DNA of 64,000 bases, taken from Moniliella sp. 'wahieum' (Eukaryota). The DNA is taken from the NCBI GenBank assembly GCA_003971905.1, contig RSEE01000077.1, positions 248,001 through 312,000 of the forward strand, written 5' to 3'. Below the pieces are notes generated by a model, which was not told where the DNA came from, ran no database searches, and saw nothing but the letters and a program-made list of their open reading frames with translations. The position numbers were made by a program, and so were the translations under genes. Below are positions 28,411 through 39,712 of the stretch, in pieces (the stretch's first letter is position 1; each line of letters begins with the position of its first letter).

Positions 28411-29929
28411 TCGAGGATGTTTCTTCTTTTTCCGCCCTGTCACATCATTTGTTGCTTTGTTGGTTCTTGGTCGAGAGTCTCTGCGGCGTGGGCGCAGCAC
28501 CTTCCACTATCACCATCATAATGGTCACACAGGAGATGTTACCATGTTTCTGGTTACCTTTGCTAAAACGATCTCCTCCACACTTCTTTTCTCGCAGTAA
28601 AGCGAAGCACTGTACGAATTCATTATTACCTCCGTGTTTTTCCTACCTCTCCTTCCATTTACGCTTGTTGAGACCTTGTGCTCTAGAACGAATCCTCTGG
28701 TACCCTTTCCCAGTCTAGTCACTGTAGTAAGGCTTGAAGACGTTGGTTTCCCTTCTAGTTTTCACTTTTTTCCGCAGAGATTGATCCTTCTTACGAGCCA
28801 CATACAAACCCATAGTATATCACGGAGTGCCTCCGTAGCCAGTTAGAAATTGATGGGGGGGGGCAGTGAGCGAACTCATTAATCATTCCCCCAGTGGCGA
28901 TACGACTGGGGAAACCACTACATCAACCGTTCGTTGTTATCGATCGATCAGACCTTAACTTGGCATGGATATGTGTTCTGGCCTGCATATCCTCTTCCAC
29001 AACATGGCCGTTGCTCCCGGTGACGCCGAGAAGGGCGTTGTCTTTTCAAAGAGCTGTGCCTGTGCCACACCACAGAGGCTAACATCTCTCCTAAAGGTCG
29101 GACCCACCAATATGACCGTGTGTTCGGTCGCCACTCGGGCCACGCTGAGGGCTACAGCTACACTAGTAAGGCCAACAACAAAAGGCGGTTGTGTTGCCGG
29201 ATGAAAACGCCATGTTTGACTAATTCCCTCAACCCCAACAAGTACATTGACATACTTGGCACCAGCACGGCCTAATCGTCCTGGTGCCCTCTTAGTCTCG
29301 CCCCACCGCACTCCTAGTATCTGTCCCTCTCTTTCCCCTATGGACGACTATCAATATTAACACCTGCTCTCTACCCCTTAGAGATGTTATGTGGTCTCAA
29401 GAAGAAAAGCACCGCAGTGATCTCATTACCTACCTCAAGAGGCGGCCGGTTGAACTTGGTGTGCCAACTAGAGGCTTTTTGGTTGCATCGCACCAAGGGG
29501 AGGTAATCACTTTTTCCCATATCCCTGTCCAGGCACCCCATCCCCTCTTGGGGAGTTATCGATTATCACCCTGAAAGGCTGCAGACTCCAATTAGGTAGA
29601 TCCCTCGCTCTCGACCGCTCGCGGCGACAATGGTGGTCGAGAGAGGGAGTGGCTATGAACCAGGGCGATGCCGTCGTCCTTGGCAGCTACTAGCCAGCCA
29701 CACACTTACATCATTGAGTGCAAAAAATGATTATATATCTGAGGGATTGGTGCTAAAACATTTGGGTTTGGGTGGGTTAAGGGCAACCCCACCTGGTTGT
29801 GGAAAACTGGGTGTCGTCGCCATGAGCATAATGGCGTAGTATGCTACATGGCGCGGGCTGACGGTCAGCCTTGAAGTTCTGGCCACTGTGCTCCCTGGCT
29901 AAGTGATAATATGACCTAGGGAGCGGTTA

Positions 29930-30594
29930 GGTTTCTTTCCCTTTCTTGAGGCCAGAGGGGGCATTAAGCACTAGGCGGTGCTTGGTCCCGTTCAAGTCAT
30001 GGATCTTGCCCGAAGGAAGGTCGTAATCCAGCCATGGATGGTGACCTTTGGAGTGACTTTGCCAGTGATGGGAGATGCAATACCCTTCCATTGTCCTGCA
30101 CCACGGGCGACGCTACAACATTGGCCACCTGTTCAGCGACCGAAGCCTCAGTAACCAATTGAGCCCAATTGCTCGTCGGCGTCCGCTGCTCCTTGCGAAT
30201 CTTGCTGGCCAAGCGAGAGCGGGGAGGTAACCGCCCAAAGGCGTTTTGCGGCTCAGTCGTATCGGACGATTCCTGAGACGCTGCCACACAGGCTGCGTTC
30301 ACGCCTCCGCACGAGGTGGGCCCACAATCACGATATGTTTCCACCCCTCCAGGCCTTGGATGGCGTAGGTCAAGGCAGCCAACGTGGTGTCGTCCACCGG
30401 AGAAACCTGAGCGGCAATGTTGCGTACGACAAGCAGTCCCCGGCTGGGAGCCCGTCCACTGCCTTCTGGAACACGCGAGTCGGAACCGCCAATCCAGAAG
30501 ACCTTGGGCGATTGGCCCTTGCTCAGAGTGGCCAGCAGCTCGGCGGAGCAGTTGAAGCCCACGTAGCGTTACCTTGAAGGAGTGTAGTGGCCAT
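29930..30594 (-). CDS. Beta-class carbonic anhydrase (NCE103-like), divergent or damaged at Zn ligands; 3' end approximate
   Basis: LLQGN..LSKGQSPKVFWIGGSDSRVPE..VRNIAAQ..HIVIVG(H)TSCGGV..VTIHGWI.DL.SGKIHDL. Confidence 0.85.
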
Positions 30595-33500
30595 GATGAT
30601 GTTGATCAAAACGTAACAGTTACCGATGGATGGGAGGAATGGCGATAGGGCGAGAAAATGATAGACTACCACAACAATAGAGGTGCTTCAGGATTCCTAG
30701 TCCACGAGGGATTCAGTTAACGCAGGCACTCGCACCGCTCGAGGGAGAGATTCGAGAAGTAGGAAGTCGAGGTAGATGTGGTGGTGAACCCGGATCTGGT
30801 GTGGGGTGTCAGAGCCATAGCCTCTCTGACGAGAGTGAGATATATAGTTTTCGGGTCCAGAATCATTATGCGTTACGCGTTACTCGTTACGCGATAGGCC
30901 TCCTCTCGCTACATCAGTGACCACCCTCTGATGTTAAAGCTTGCGGTGTGTGGACACTCAGCCTGCGCTCAGCGGCTCAGCTCGCTCAGCCAACTCAACG
31001 GCTCAGAGCGATCACTGTGGTGGATTGGCGTTCAGGTACACCATGATACACCGCCCACCTGCTGAATGGTGTGCTGATCGCGCAGGACAGCGTACCCCCA
31101 CGCTACCGGAGGAGCAATAGAGATAGCCCCTGCGGAGGTAAGATGTATGACAAGATTACAAAAGCTTTTGAATATCTCATCTCCCGCAACAGGCAGCGAC
31201 TAAGCATTACCGGCAAAAACGCATAACCCTAGTAGCATGTAAGACCCCTGCGCCACACTCAGCGCCCACTCAGTACTCAGCCGTCTCGGCTGCGCCGAAG
31301 GAGAGGCAGAGGTACGTGTCAATGTGTAATACAGGCATCTGCAAGCCTCTGCGGAACGCCAGAACAAGGGCGCTGGATCGATTGTTCGAGCAGACGGATT
31401 GCGCGCAGAAATGGAAGTACCAGGGTGTACCCGTGCCCCTCCCTATCATGCACATCATTGCTTACCATATGGTTCATCAAATCGATGGCCGCTCTCACAT
31501 AAGGGCCCAGCACTGCCCACATCCGTGTCCACACGTATTACACTACGCACGCCACATCTGCTTTTTTGAAGAACGAATCAATTAGCCTCAGGAGCGGGAA
31601 GTGGCTGGTATATAGGGTAGCGGATGAGGATAGAGGTACGTGTAGTGGTAACCGGTGAGGCCCGGTGAGGCCAGGTGTGGCGGTATTTAAGGGAACCAGG
31701 GAGGGGGGTACCCATATATGCAGCAAAAGAGAAAGCGATGTTTTGCGGACAGATATTGGTACAGACCGGGTGCAAGTGATGCATGTCCCCGGCCACGTCA
31801 GATACGAAACGCCTTTTGCCTCACATATGTCACAGGTCTGCGCACTCGTAGTAATAGCTCTTTGGACGCAGAGGGACGCATAGCACGGGGGAAGTGTTCT
31901 GTGCACTCTGCTCTTGCAGGGGTGAAAGCACACTGCCTCTCTGCGGTGTGGGCACTAAGGGCGGAAGCTTAAAATAACACAGTACAACGACTTAGAAAGC
32001 GCTTTTTGGTATTGCCAACACACAATCGATAGCACCTACTAATCTGCCATTTTGTTTTGTGACTGGCTCAGTGCTGGCCACAGGAGTGATACTTACCGTG
32101 ACGCCCAGAGCAAACTGTATAGCGCTGCCAGCAGCATTGTCAGTAAAAGCACCCATCTTCTCGCCTCTCCATCGACTCCATCTCCCTGCGCACACACGCC
32201 CACACCATCGCATGACTTACACCATTTATCCCTTCCATCCTCACCCATACCCTACTGCAGTGTTATGGGTGAGCCCGCGGTGAGCACCAGCTGCAGTAGT
32301 ATGCCCATCTCACCCGATCCCGCAGCTTCATTCCCATGTACTAGTCCCTCAAGAAGAGCTTTCAATTTGACTGTGTGCCAACAGCCCGTAATAATGACCA
32401 CCAAAATAACGGAATTAAGGAGAGGGCGGGAGCGATCAAGAATATGGCTCTGAGAACAGTATAACAGCTTTCCCAGCATTCAAGAAGAGAGGAGCGTACC
32501 GAGCAATGACTTTCTTTCCGATGGATGGAGGGGAGAGGTATGTGCATTGGCGACCGCATGCTCAGACACCCGTCCTGGAGCCGATGGAGGCTGCCTTTGC
32601 ATATGCGTACTAACGGAACCGCCTTATATTAGGAGGAGAGCGTGATAATGAACGAAGTCGGGCGGGCGAAGATCGAACAAGCAGTTCCAAGTCTATTATA
32701 CATTCTTGTCTGTGTTGTGCCTGAGATGCAACCTATTAATGCTGCCCCTTCTTCTGTGCCCACACATTTAACACATGACCGTCTTCTGTTGTTGTGCGTG
32801 CCCACCTACCTCTCTCCCGTGACCGCTTGCCTATACAGTAGTGACCACAGGCAACACTTCATCTCTCCACTTCCATATGTCAGTAGGGTCTCTTCCGCCA
32901 ATCAGGGTGCGTAGCCCATATGCCTCGGTAAGCCCCTACTATCGTTCACTGGAAGATCTAAGCTCGAGGCGCTGGCAGAAGCAGCCGCCATAACAGTATG
33001 GTGCCCAACTCGTCCCTATTTTGTTCGCATGGTGAACTGTGAACAGGCAACACCTAATATGATGATCATAAGATCAATACTACCGTTCCGTTGAAGAGCG
33101 ACCGTCGCGACTGTCTAGTAATACTGAAGGGCAATCTTTGCGAATAGAAAATGGAAGAAGAGAAGATCCGCTTTCTGATAATGCAAAGGAGTACTGGCCG
33201 TCGACGAACAGAAGTACTTGGCGTGCCCCACCATTCAAGGGGCTAGTTTTAGGAAGCAATGCCATACGCTCTGTGTTCCTAGAAGATCCCCTCCACGGCC
33301 GCAGGAATTCGCCGCGCTCGGACAGGTGCAGGGAGTCGGGGGAGATACAGTAGACAGTAGATTAGGTTGAAGGGCGGATAAGGGCAGCATTACAGGCATT
33401 TTGCAGACATTCTCTGTTGTTCCGCACAGAGAGTGCGAGGTGGTGGCGACAACAGCAGTGGCCGACACAATTTTGCGTTAAGTAGACCTCTTTTGTCGAT

Positions 33501-35499
33501 CGATGGTACCGATCGCGTGAGGGGTTGTGAGGCATCGTTTGGATGAGATAGTGGTGCTTGATGGCAAATACAAACCAAAAGTCTCGGCAGTCGCTCTCTA
33601 CTAATAGTTAAAGCCGAATCGTCCATACTAACACGGCCGCGATTTCGCCGTCCTAGTGTGGGTCTTCTACCGTCTCCACAGAGGGGGAAGGCACGTGAGG
33701 TCAGTCAAACACCCTTGCGTCTAACTTTACCGACACAGACTTCATCACCAGCAGCTACTATGTCGGCTGTACTGTGCAAATATTAGACCTATTTTGCAGT
33801 TGAAAAAGGTCGATGACCCAATGAAAAACGGGGTCTTCGTTACATTGGTGGGTGTTGCTTTCCTTCTGAGCATCGACGATTATAGGCGTCCGCGTCAAAG
33901 GGGGGTGCTCAGAACATGCAGACCACAGGCCACAAGACAAAATAATACGGCAAAATCGAAGGTCCATCGCAGGTTGCTTGGCGACTACGCTCACAGCGCT
34001 TATCTGATTGTTGGAGGGATTTGCCCAGCAACGGGAAACGTTGTCCAGACATACATGATTATGTGACCTCGACTTGTCGATCCTTGTGGCCTGTGCTCGT
34101 CGATCAGGCCCTCGCGCCTCTCTGTCATCTTCGCGTTCGCGCTGGCGGCCGGCTGACATACCATGATGCATCATACATCCTGCAACATCAACATCATCGT
34201 GGCTAGTAATCACGCGCACTAGCAACTACTACGCATCGATCAATGACCATCTAGCGCTGCGCCCAATGTAGCACTCGAGTACTTAGTACTTATTACTACT
34301 ACGGCCACCCATGCGCTATATATACTAGCCGGGAGGCGGCGTGCACTACACAGGTGTGTATGCTGCGTGCCAATTGCGCTGTTTGGTGCCTGCAGCATGC
34401 GACCCAACACTGCCTCCATGCCTGTGGTCGTCTGTCTCCGGCGCATGTGCATGCTGCACCTGATGCAGTGCTGCTGCACACGCTGCAGAGGAGCAGGGGC
34501 GTTGGAGGACACGCTAGGAGGGCACTACAGCCCTCTCACGCTCTCCAGCCTTCAGATCTTCCGAGCTTCAGCTCGGCTTACACTTTGCCTGGTCTGCCTT
34601 GGAGCTTGATTGGTCCACCTTGCACGACGTGCATGACGCGGTGCAGGTGCAGGCTGTCACATCTCACATGCACATCTCATGCGTCATGCATGCATCATGC
34701 ATGACTTGCACGCCCACCCGGAACAACCCCTGGGCCACCTGAGGCCGGCCTGAGGCCTGAGGCCTGCAAGCGCGAAATCGCCGTGCACCCGCTTGGGCTC
34801 AAGCATAGTGCGCCTGCGCCTGCAGGCCAGGCACCACGCCTTAAGGCGGGCGGCATGCCAGAGAAGTAGAGCGTCGTCGAGCCCGCCCGGCAGCTCGGCA
34901 GGTGCGAGCCCAGCGGCACTTCCCGCTCGTCAGCGGACCGTGGCCGCGCAGGACCAGTGTGGCTTCTGGTGCGAGGCGGCTGCGATCCGGCTGCGATCGG
35001 CAGCGCGGCGGCAGGCCGCAGGCGCAGGCCGCAGGCGGCAGGCCGCGTGTGTGCGCCGGCGCTGAGCGGCCGCCGCACAGGGACAGTGTCACGGCGCTGC
35101 GACGTGCTCGCGGGCGGGTGCGTGGCCACACGCCACACTGCCGGGCTGCCGGGCTGCCGGCCGCTCTTTCTTGGGCCGGTTGCAGCGCCCAAACCTGGCG
35201 AAACCCAGCAGATCGAGGCAGCGGTGGAGACGCGTCGTGTGTGACTGGGACGGGCGGCACCTGCTGTCGTGTGCCGTGTGCTCGCGCCCACCCGGCCGCA
35301 CCTGGCCAGCGGCCGCCTGAGGCCGCAGTGCCTGAGCTGAGGACGCAGGCCGGGCGGCAGAACCGGTGACCTCGCCTCCCTGCTACGCCCCCTCCTGCCC
35401 ACTTATAACTCCGTCGGCACCGCCGCCGCCGCCCCTTTCTCCCTCCGCCCCCCCAGCCCCTTGTTCCCTCGGCTGCCTGTCCCTTCCCACGCCGTCCTC

Positions 35500-37006
35500 A
35501 TGCGCTCCATTTCTGCCGCCGCTGTCGCCGGCCTGCTCGCTGTCGCCGTCGCCCCCGAGCTCGTCTCGGCCCATGTTGGTGCCGGCTTCCCCGGCCGCAT
35601 GCCCTCCGACATGAAGGCCCGCGCCGCCAAGCGCGGTCTCCAGCGCCGCCAGGTCTCGTACAACGACCAGACCTGGCAGTCCGTCACCGTGCCCAGCCAG
35701 GAGTGCACCGCCTACAACTACCCACCCGCCTCGTCCTGGACGCATGCCTTCCCCACGGCGTGGGAGATTGCCGACATTGTCCCGGGCGACCAGGAGGCCC
35801 AGATCTTTACAACTCCATTTCGCCTGGCATCCCTAAAATTGCGCCCAAGGGCCAGCCCACCGGCTCGGAACAAGGCACCACCTACAACAATCAACAGGAC
35901 CCCGACTGCTGGTGGACCGAGACCACTGCACCCACCCCAAGCTCCCTGGCCTCAAGCCCGACATCACCAACTGCCCAGGCTCGCACTTGGGGTCTGACTT
36001 TGACGATGGGCCCAACTGCACCCACAATGCTTTCTACGACTTCCTCAAGAGCAACAAGCAGACGGCCACCATGTTCTACATTGGCTCCAACGTGCTCGAC
36101 TGGCCGCTGCAAGCCCGCGAGGTCTGACCGATGGACACCAACTCGCCTGCCACACCTGGTCCCACCGGTACACCACGGCCCTGACCAACACCCAAGTCTT
36201 TGCTGAGTTTTACTACACTATCAAGGTGATCAAGTGGACCACGGGTGTGACCGTCACTTCCTGGCGCCCGCCCTACGGCGATGTGGATGACCGTGTACGC
36301 TACATTGCTTCTTCGCTTGGTCTTGAGACGGTCGTCTGGGCTGCCGACACCAATGACTGGTCCGTTCAACCGTATGTATCTTCTTGGCTTTGTTTCTGTT
36401 GCGTTGTTCGTTTTGAGTGCATGTGCTGACCCGGCCCGTCCAAAGCGAGGGCACTGCTCCGTCGTCCGAGATTCTCAACAACTATGCCTCCATCATCTCG
36501 GCTGGCGCCAGCGCAACCAATGGCGTTATTGTCCTTACCCACGAAATTGATGCCTCGACGATGCACTTGATGATGGAGGAGTACGGCCACATCAAGCAAG
36601 AATTCGCCCACATCGTGCCCGTCCAAACCTGCCTCAACAACACCACCCCCTACAAGGAAGACATTGTCTACCCGAACTTTGCTGAGTACGTTGCCGGCAC
36701 CATTTTGCCCTCGGCCATCCCCTCGGCACAAGACATTGTGGGGAGCTCGGTGGCCTCACTGGCTGTGGGCACGGCCAAGGCGAGCTACTCGGTCACCGAC
36801 CTGAGCACCTCTGCCTCTTCGACTTCCACTCCCAGTGTGGCAGCCAGCAGCGCTCCTGCTAGCAATATGGCCTCGGCGGCCGCACATGCGACCACGAGCG
36901 CTGCGGCGGACGCTAAGAAGGGCGGTGCTGCTCAGGTTCACGCTGCAGCCGGTGTGGCCGGTGCGGCTCTGGCGCCGTGGGGGGTGCGGCGGCGCTGTTC
37001 GTATAA
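35500..37006 (+). CDS. Chitin deacetylase (CE4, MP98/Cda-like) with signal peptide, S/T-rich stalk and GPI-type C-terminus; intron ~36372-36445
   Basis: Signal peptide MRSISAAAVAGLLAVAVA. CE4 motifs TFDDGPNC, ATMFYIGSN, HTWSH, WRPPYGDVDDRVR and GVIVLTHE. Hydrophobic C-terminus ..GGAAALFV*. Confidence 0.92.
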
Positions 37007-37636
37007 GTCGACCAGAAGGCCGCCCAAGCCGAAAAAGTGTTTCCCCATCTCTCGCATGTGGGTGATCAATGATCCTGGTGATCCCCCGGTCCCCATTCAT
37101 CGCTCCGTTTCCCCGCCCCCCACACACCAGTCTCTTCCGTCGGGCCGTCCTCATGAGTCATGCTCTCATTGCCCATGCCGAGGGCACCGCATTTCGACAG
37201 TCGATTGTTGCAATGACTGGTTAATGATTTGACCCGTGTCGTTTGTGTCCTGCCTAGTATTCTCTCTCCCGACACCGCCCACTCTTTCCATTCCTTCTGG
37301 TTGGCCACCTCACTTTGGGGGGGCAATTTGTTCTAGCTACTACGCTTTTGCGACCTCTCATCATCCAATCTTTGTTCCTGTGCCATCCGTGGGATGCACC
37401 CCCACACATCTAGTATCCCGCAATAAGATGGATCTTTGTGTGTGCGGTTTGCGGCTTGCGATGTCTGCGTGCAAAACCCAACCGGAGAACGGAAGCTACA
37501 AAAGGATCCAAAGGGAATGCCTCGTATTGGTTGGCTTGTATAGGATCCATAGCCCAGTAGATAAACAACGATGAAACGAGGCACGCCAGCAGGTCACTGC
37601 ATTCCGAAGCAGCCGGGGTCATTATGCACATGCAAT

Positions 37637-39386
37637 TCATGCCCCGGAATGCGGAGCCGCACTGCCAGCCAACTGGCCAGGCACAATCAAGTTGAGAACC
37701 TGTTCGACCATCCGCGCGGCTTGTCTCCGACTAAGCGGCCCTTGGTCCAGCGCGTACCGTAGTCCTGCCAAGACGGCAGCACAGGCCGGACTGTAGCACG
37801 CGACATAGACCTCGTCCTGTTTGTCGTAGCCACGGCCGAGAAGCTGGTGATGAACGAGCTTGCGAACAATGTTCTTGTTCGTGGTGGCAGCTCCGACGAA
37901 GAGAATGTATGCGGTTCCGAGATCAATGCCTGGGACTCTTCCATGGCCGAGGCCGAGTCGGTAGCTGGGTCCGAGACGAGGCGCGAAGCCGGGCGGGCGA
38001 GGAGCCCAGACTTCGAGGCGCCAAGGGCGACACTAACGTTTTGGTCAACCCCATCCAATCGTTCTCAAGTGGTGGTAAGTCTTCTCCCCCGCTCGGTCCC
38101 GCTCGACGAGGCAGACTCTCCTTCCCTCTTTCCCGCACTGGCATCTCAATCACATCGGCCCTCTTCTTGTCGACCCGCGCCGCTTGGCGGAGCTAGGAGA
38201 AGTAGGCAGATCCAACCGCTGTGGTCGTTTTTCGCCGCGTCGACCGGGAGTGATGCCACCTCGAAGGGACGGGTGTCGTGCCGCACTGGTTCTTTGTGTT
38301 CCAACAACGGAGCCGAGTGGGTCTTGGTTAACGACCGGGCAACGTCTCCCTTGCCCGGACCCATCTCCTTGGACGACCATGCGGACCGAGCTTGGAGTTG
38401 GGTGACGCTAGAGCGAGGTAAAGGGTCGTCGGGCCGGGGAGGAAAGCGCTCGAGACTCGCTTGGGTGGGGGAGGTGGCATGGTGGAGGTGGTGGGGAATT
38501 TACGGGGTTTGGTCTTGGCACCACTTTTCGCCCCAACACCATTTCCAGGCCTTTTGTCAGCGGCGCTGTCCGCCCTGTTCCACCAGGCTCGCCAAGCTAG
38601 ACACTTGCGATGGGACAGCAAATATCGCCAGCTCTTGCGCCGAGGACGAAACTGAAGTAGTATCGGTTGGGGAAAAGCTGGTGCTGGCTTGGAAGGCGTG
38701 GTCAAAGCTTGGGATGGTTCGAGAGAGATGGACAATGTTGGTGGCATGTTTTCCGCCCGGCGCTAACTGGCACAGGCGAGATCAGCAAGCAAGAACAGGA
38801 GCGTCTAAGCAGTAGAAAGACGTACCGACGCGTCAAGGCAGAACTTGCGCTGGAAAAAGTCAATGGTGCGGTGGGCAGTGGGATCGATGAACATGCGCAT
38901 TGAGCGCGAATGTTGCCAGTGGACCGTGGCGCCTTGGACCTTTTCGCTTCTGGACCTTGATCCTGCTCGACCGCAAGTACCCTCAGTGGTCGGTGGCGCA
39001 CCATCTCCAATGCAAGGCAAAATCGGCCTCGACAGAGGGATCCTGGATGATGTCCGACTCGAGTTCGTCGTCGTCATCGTCGCCGTACAGGGCCGGGGGC
39101 TCGTCGTCGAGCAGACGCGCCGAGGGGGGACGCGATCCACTTTTTCTTTGTTTGCTGGGTGTGCGTCCCGCAGCAAGGGGGGACGCAAGAGGCATGCTGG
39201 TCGACACCAACGACACGCCTGGCAACTGCGAGCCATCCTGGAGGATGAGGTGGCCTCGCCACAGCAGGCGCGCTCGGGCGCGTGAGGCGGTCGACAGAGC
39301 GCGCGACCCATTGGATGCCCGTGTCTCGCCCGTTCCCGCAGCGCCGCATCACGGAGCGGGGTGGCATGGGCTGTGACGTGGGCCAT
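37637..39386 (-). CDS. Sld7 C-terminal domain-like protein (possible Sld7/MTBP-type replication factor), frameshifted
   Basis: A C-terminal frame absent from the ORF track reads TNKNIVRKLVHHQLLGRGYDKQDEVYVACYSPACAAVLAGLRYALDQGPLSRRQAARMVEQVLNL, which resembles Sld7_C from memory. An MCB site lies upstream. Confidence 0.55.
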
Positions 39387-39496
39387 GGCTCACGGGGGGG
39401 GGAGAGAAACAAGTCAGCGGTGGTGGTGGACGTCTCCCGCCCCACCTAGACCCAAATTGGATGGACTAACTGCTTACGTTTCAATCATCAATCGTG

Positions 39497-39502
39497 ACGC
39501 GT
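39497..39502. promoter_or_regulatory. MCB element (ACGCGT)
   Basis: Perfect MluI box ~110 bp upstream of the putative start of the Sld7_C-like gene. Short motif, and other ACGCGT copies occur in the window. Confidence 0.4.
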
Positions 39503-39712
39503 AAACGAACCAGCCCGACTCGCTCGGTGGGACGTGCTACTTAGACGATGATGGCCGCCAGATTTGGCTGGGGCGCCTGGGCTAGCACGGATCAGACTAA
39601 GACCAAGGCCCAAGGCCTAAAGCTATACAGGATTGTCCTATGATCTCCCAGCCGACAACGTATGATATGAGTACAATGTAGAGCAACGCAAAGGGCGCGA
39701 TGAGGGACCACA

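Noticed and set aside
34695..35402. 235-aa, 155-aa and 139-aa ORFs upstream of the chitin deacetylase
   Set aside because: Extreme GC content suppresses stop codons, and the products are R/A/P/G-rich with no motif.
26859..37006. Secondary-metabolite or effector gene cluster (esterase, carbonic anhydrase, chitin deacetylase)
   Set aside because: No backbone synthase or cluster regulator, and the genes are functionally unrelated and widely spaced.
37847..38815. 322-aa plus-strand ORF
   Set aside because: It lies antisense to the minus-strand Sld7_C-like gene and has no independent support.
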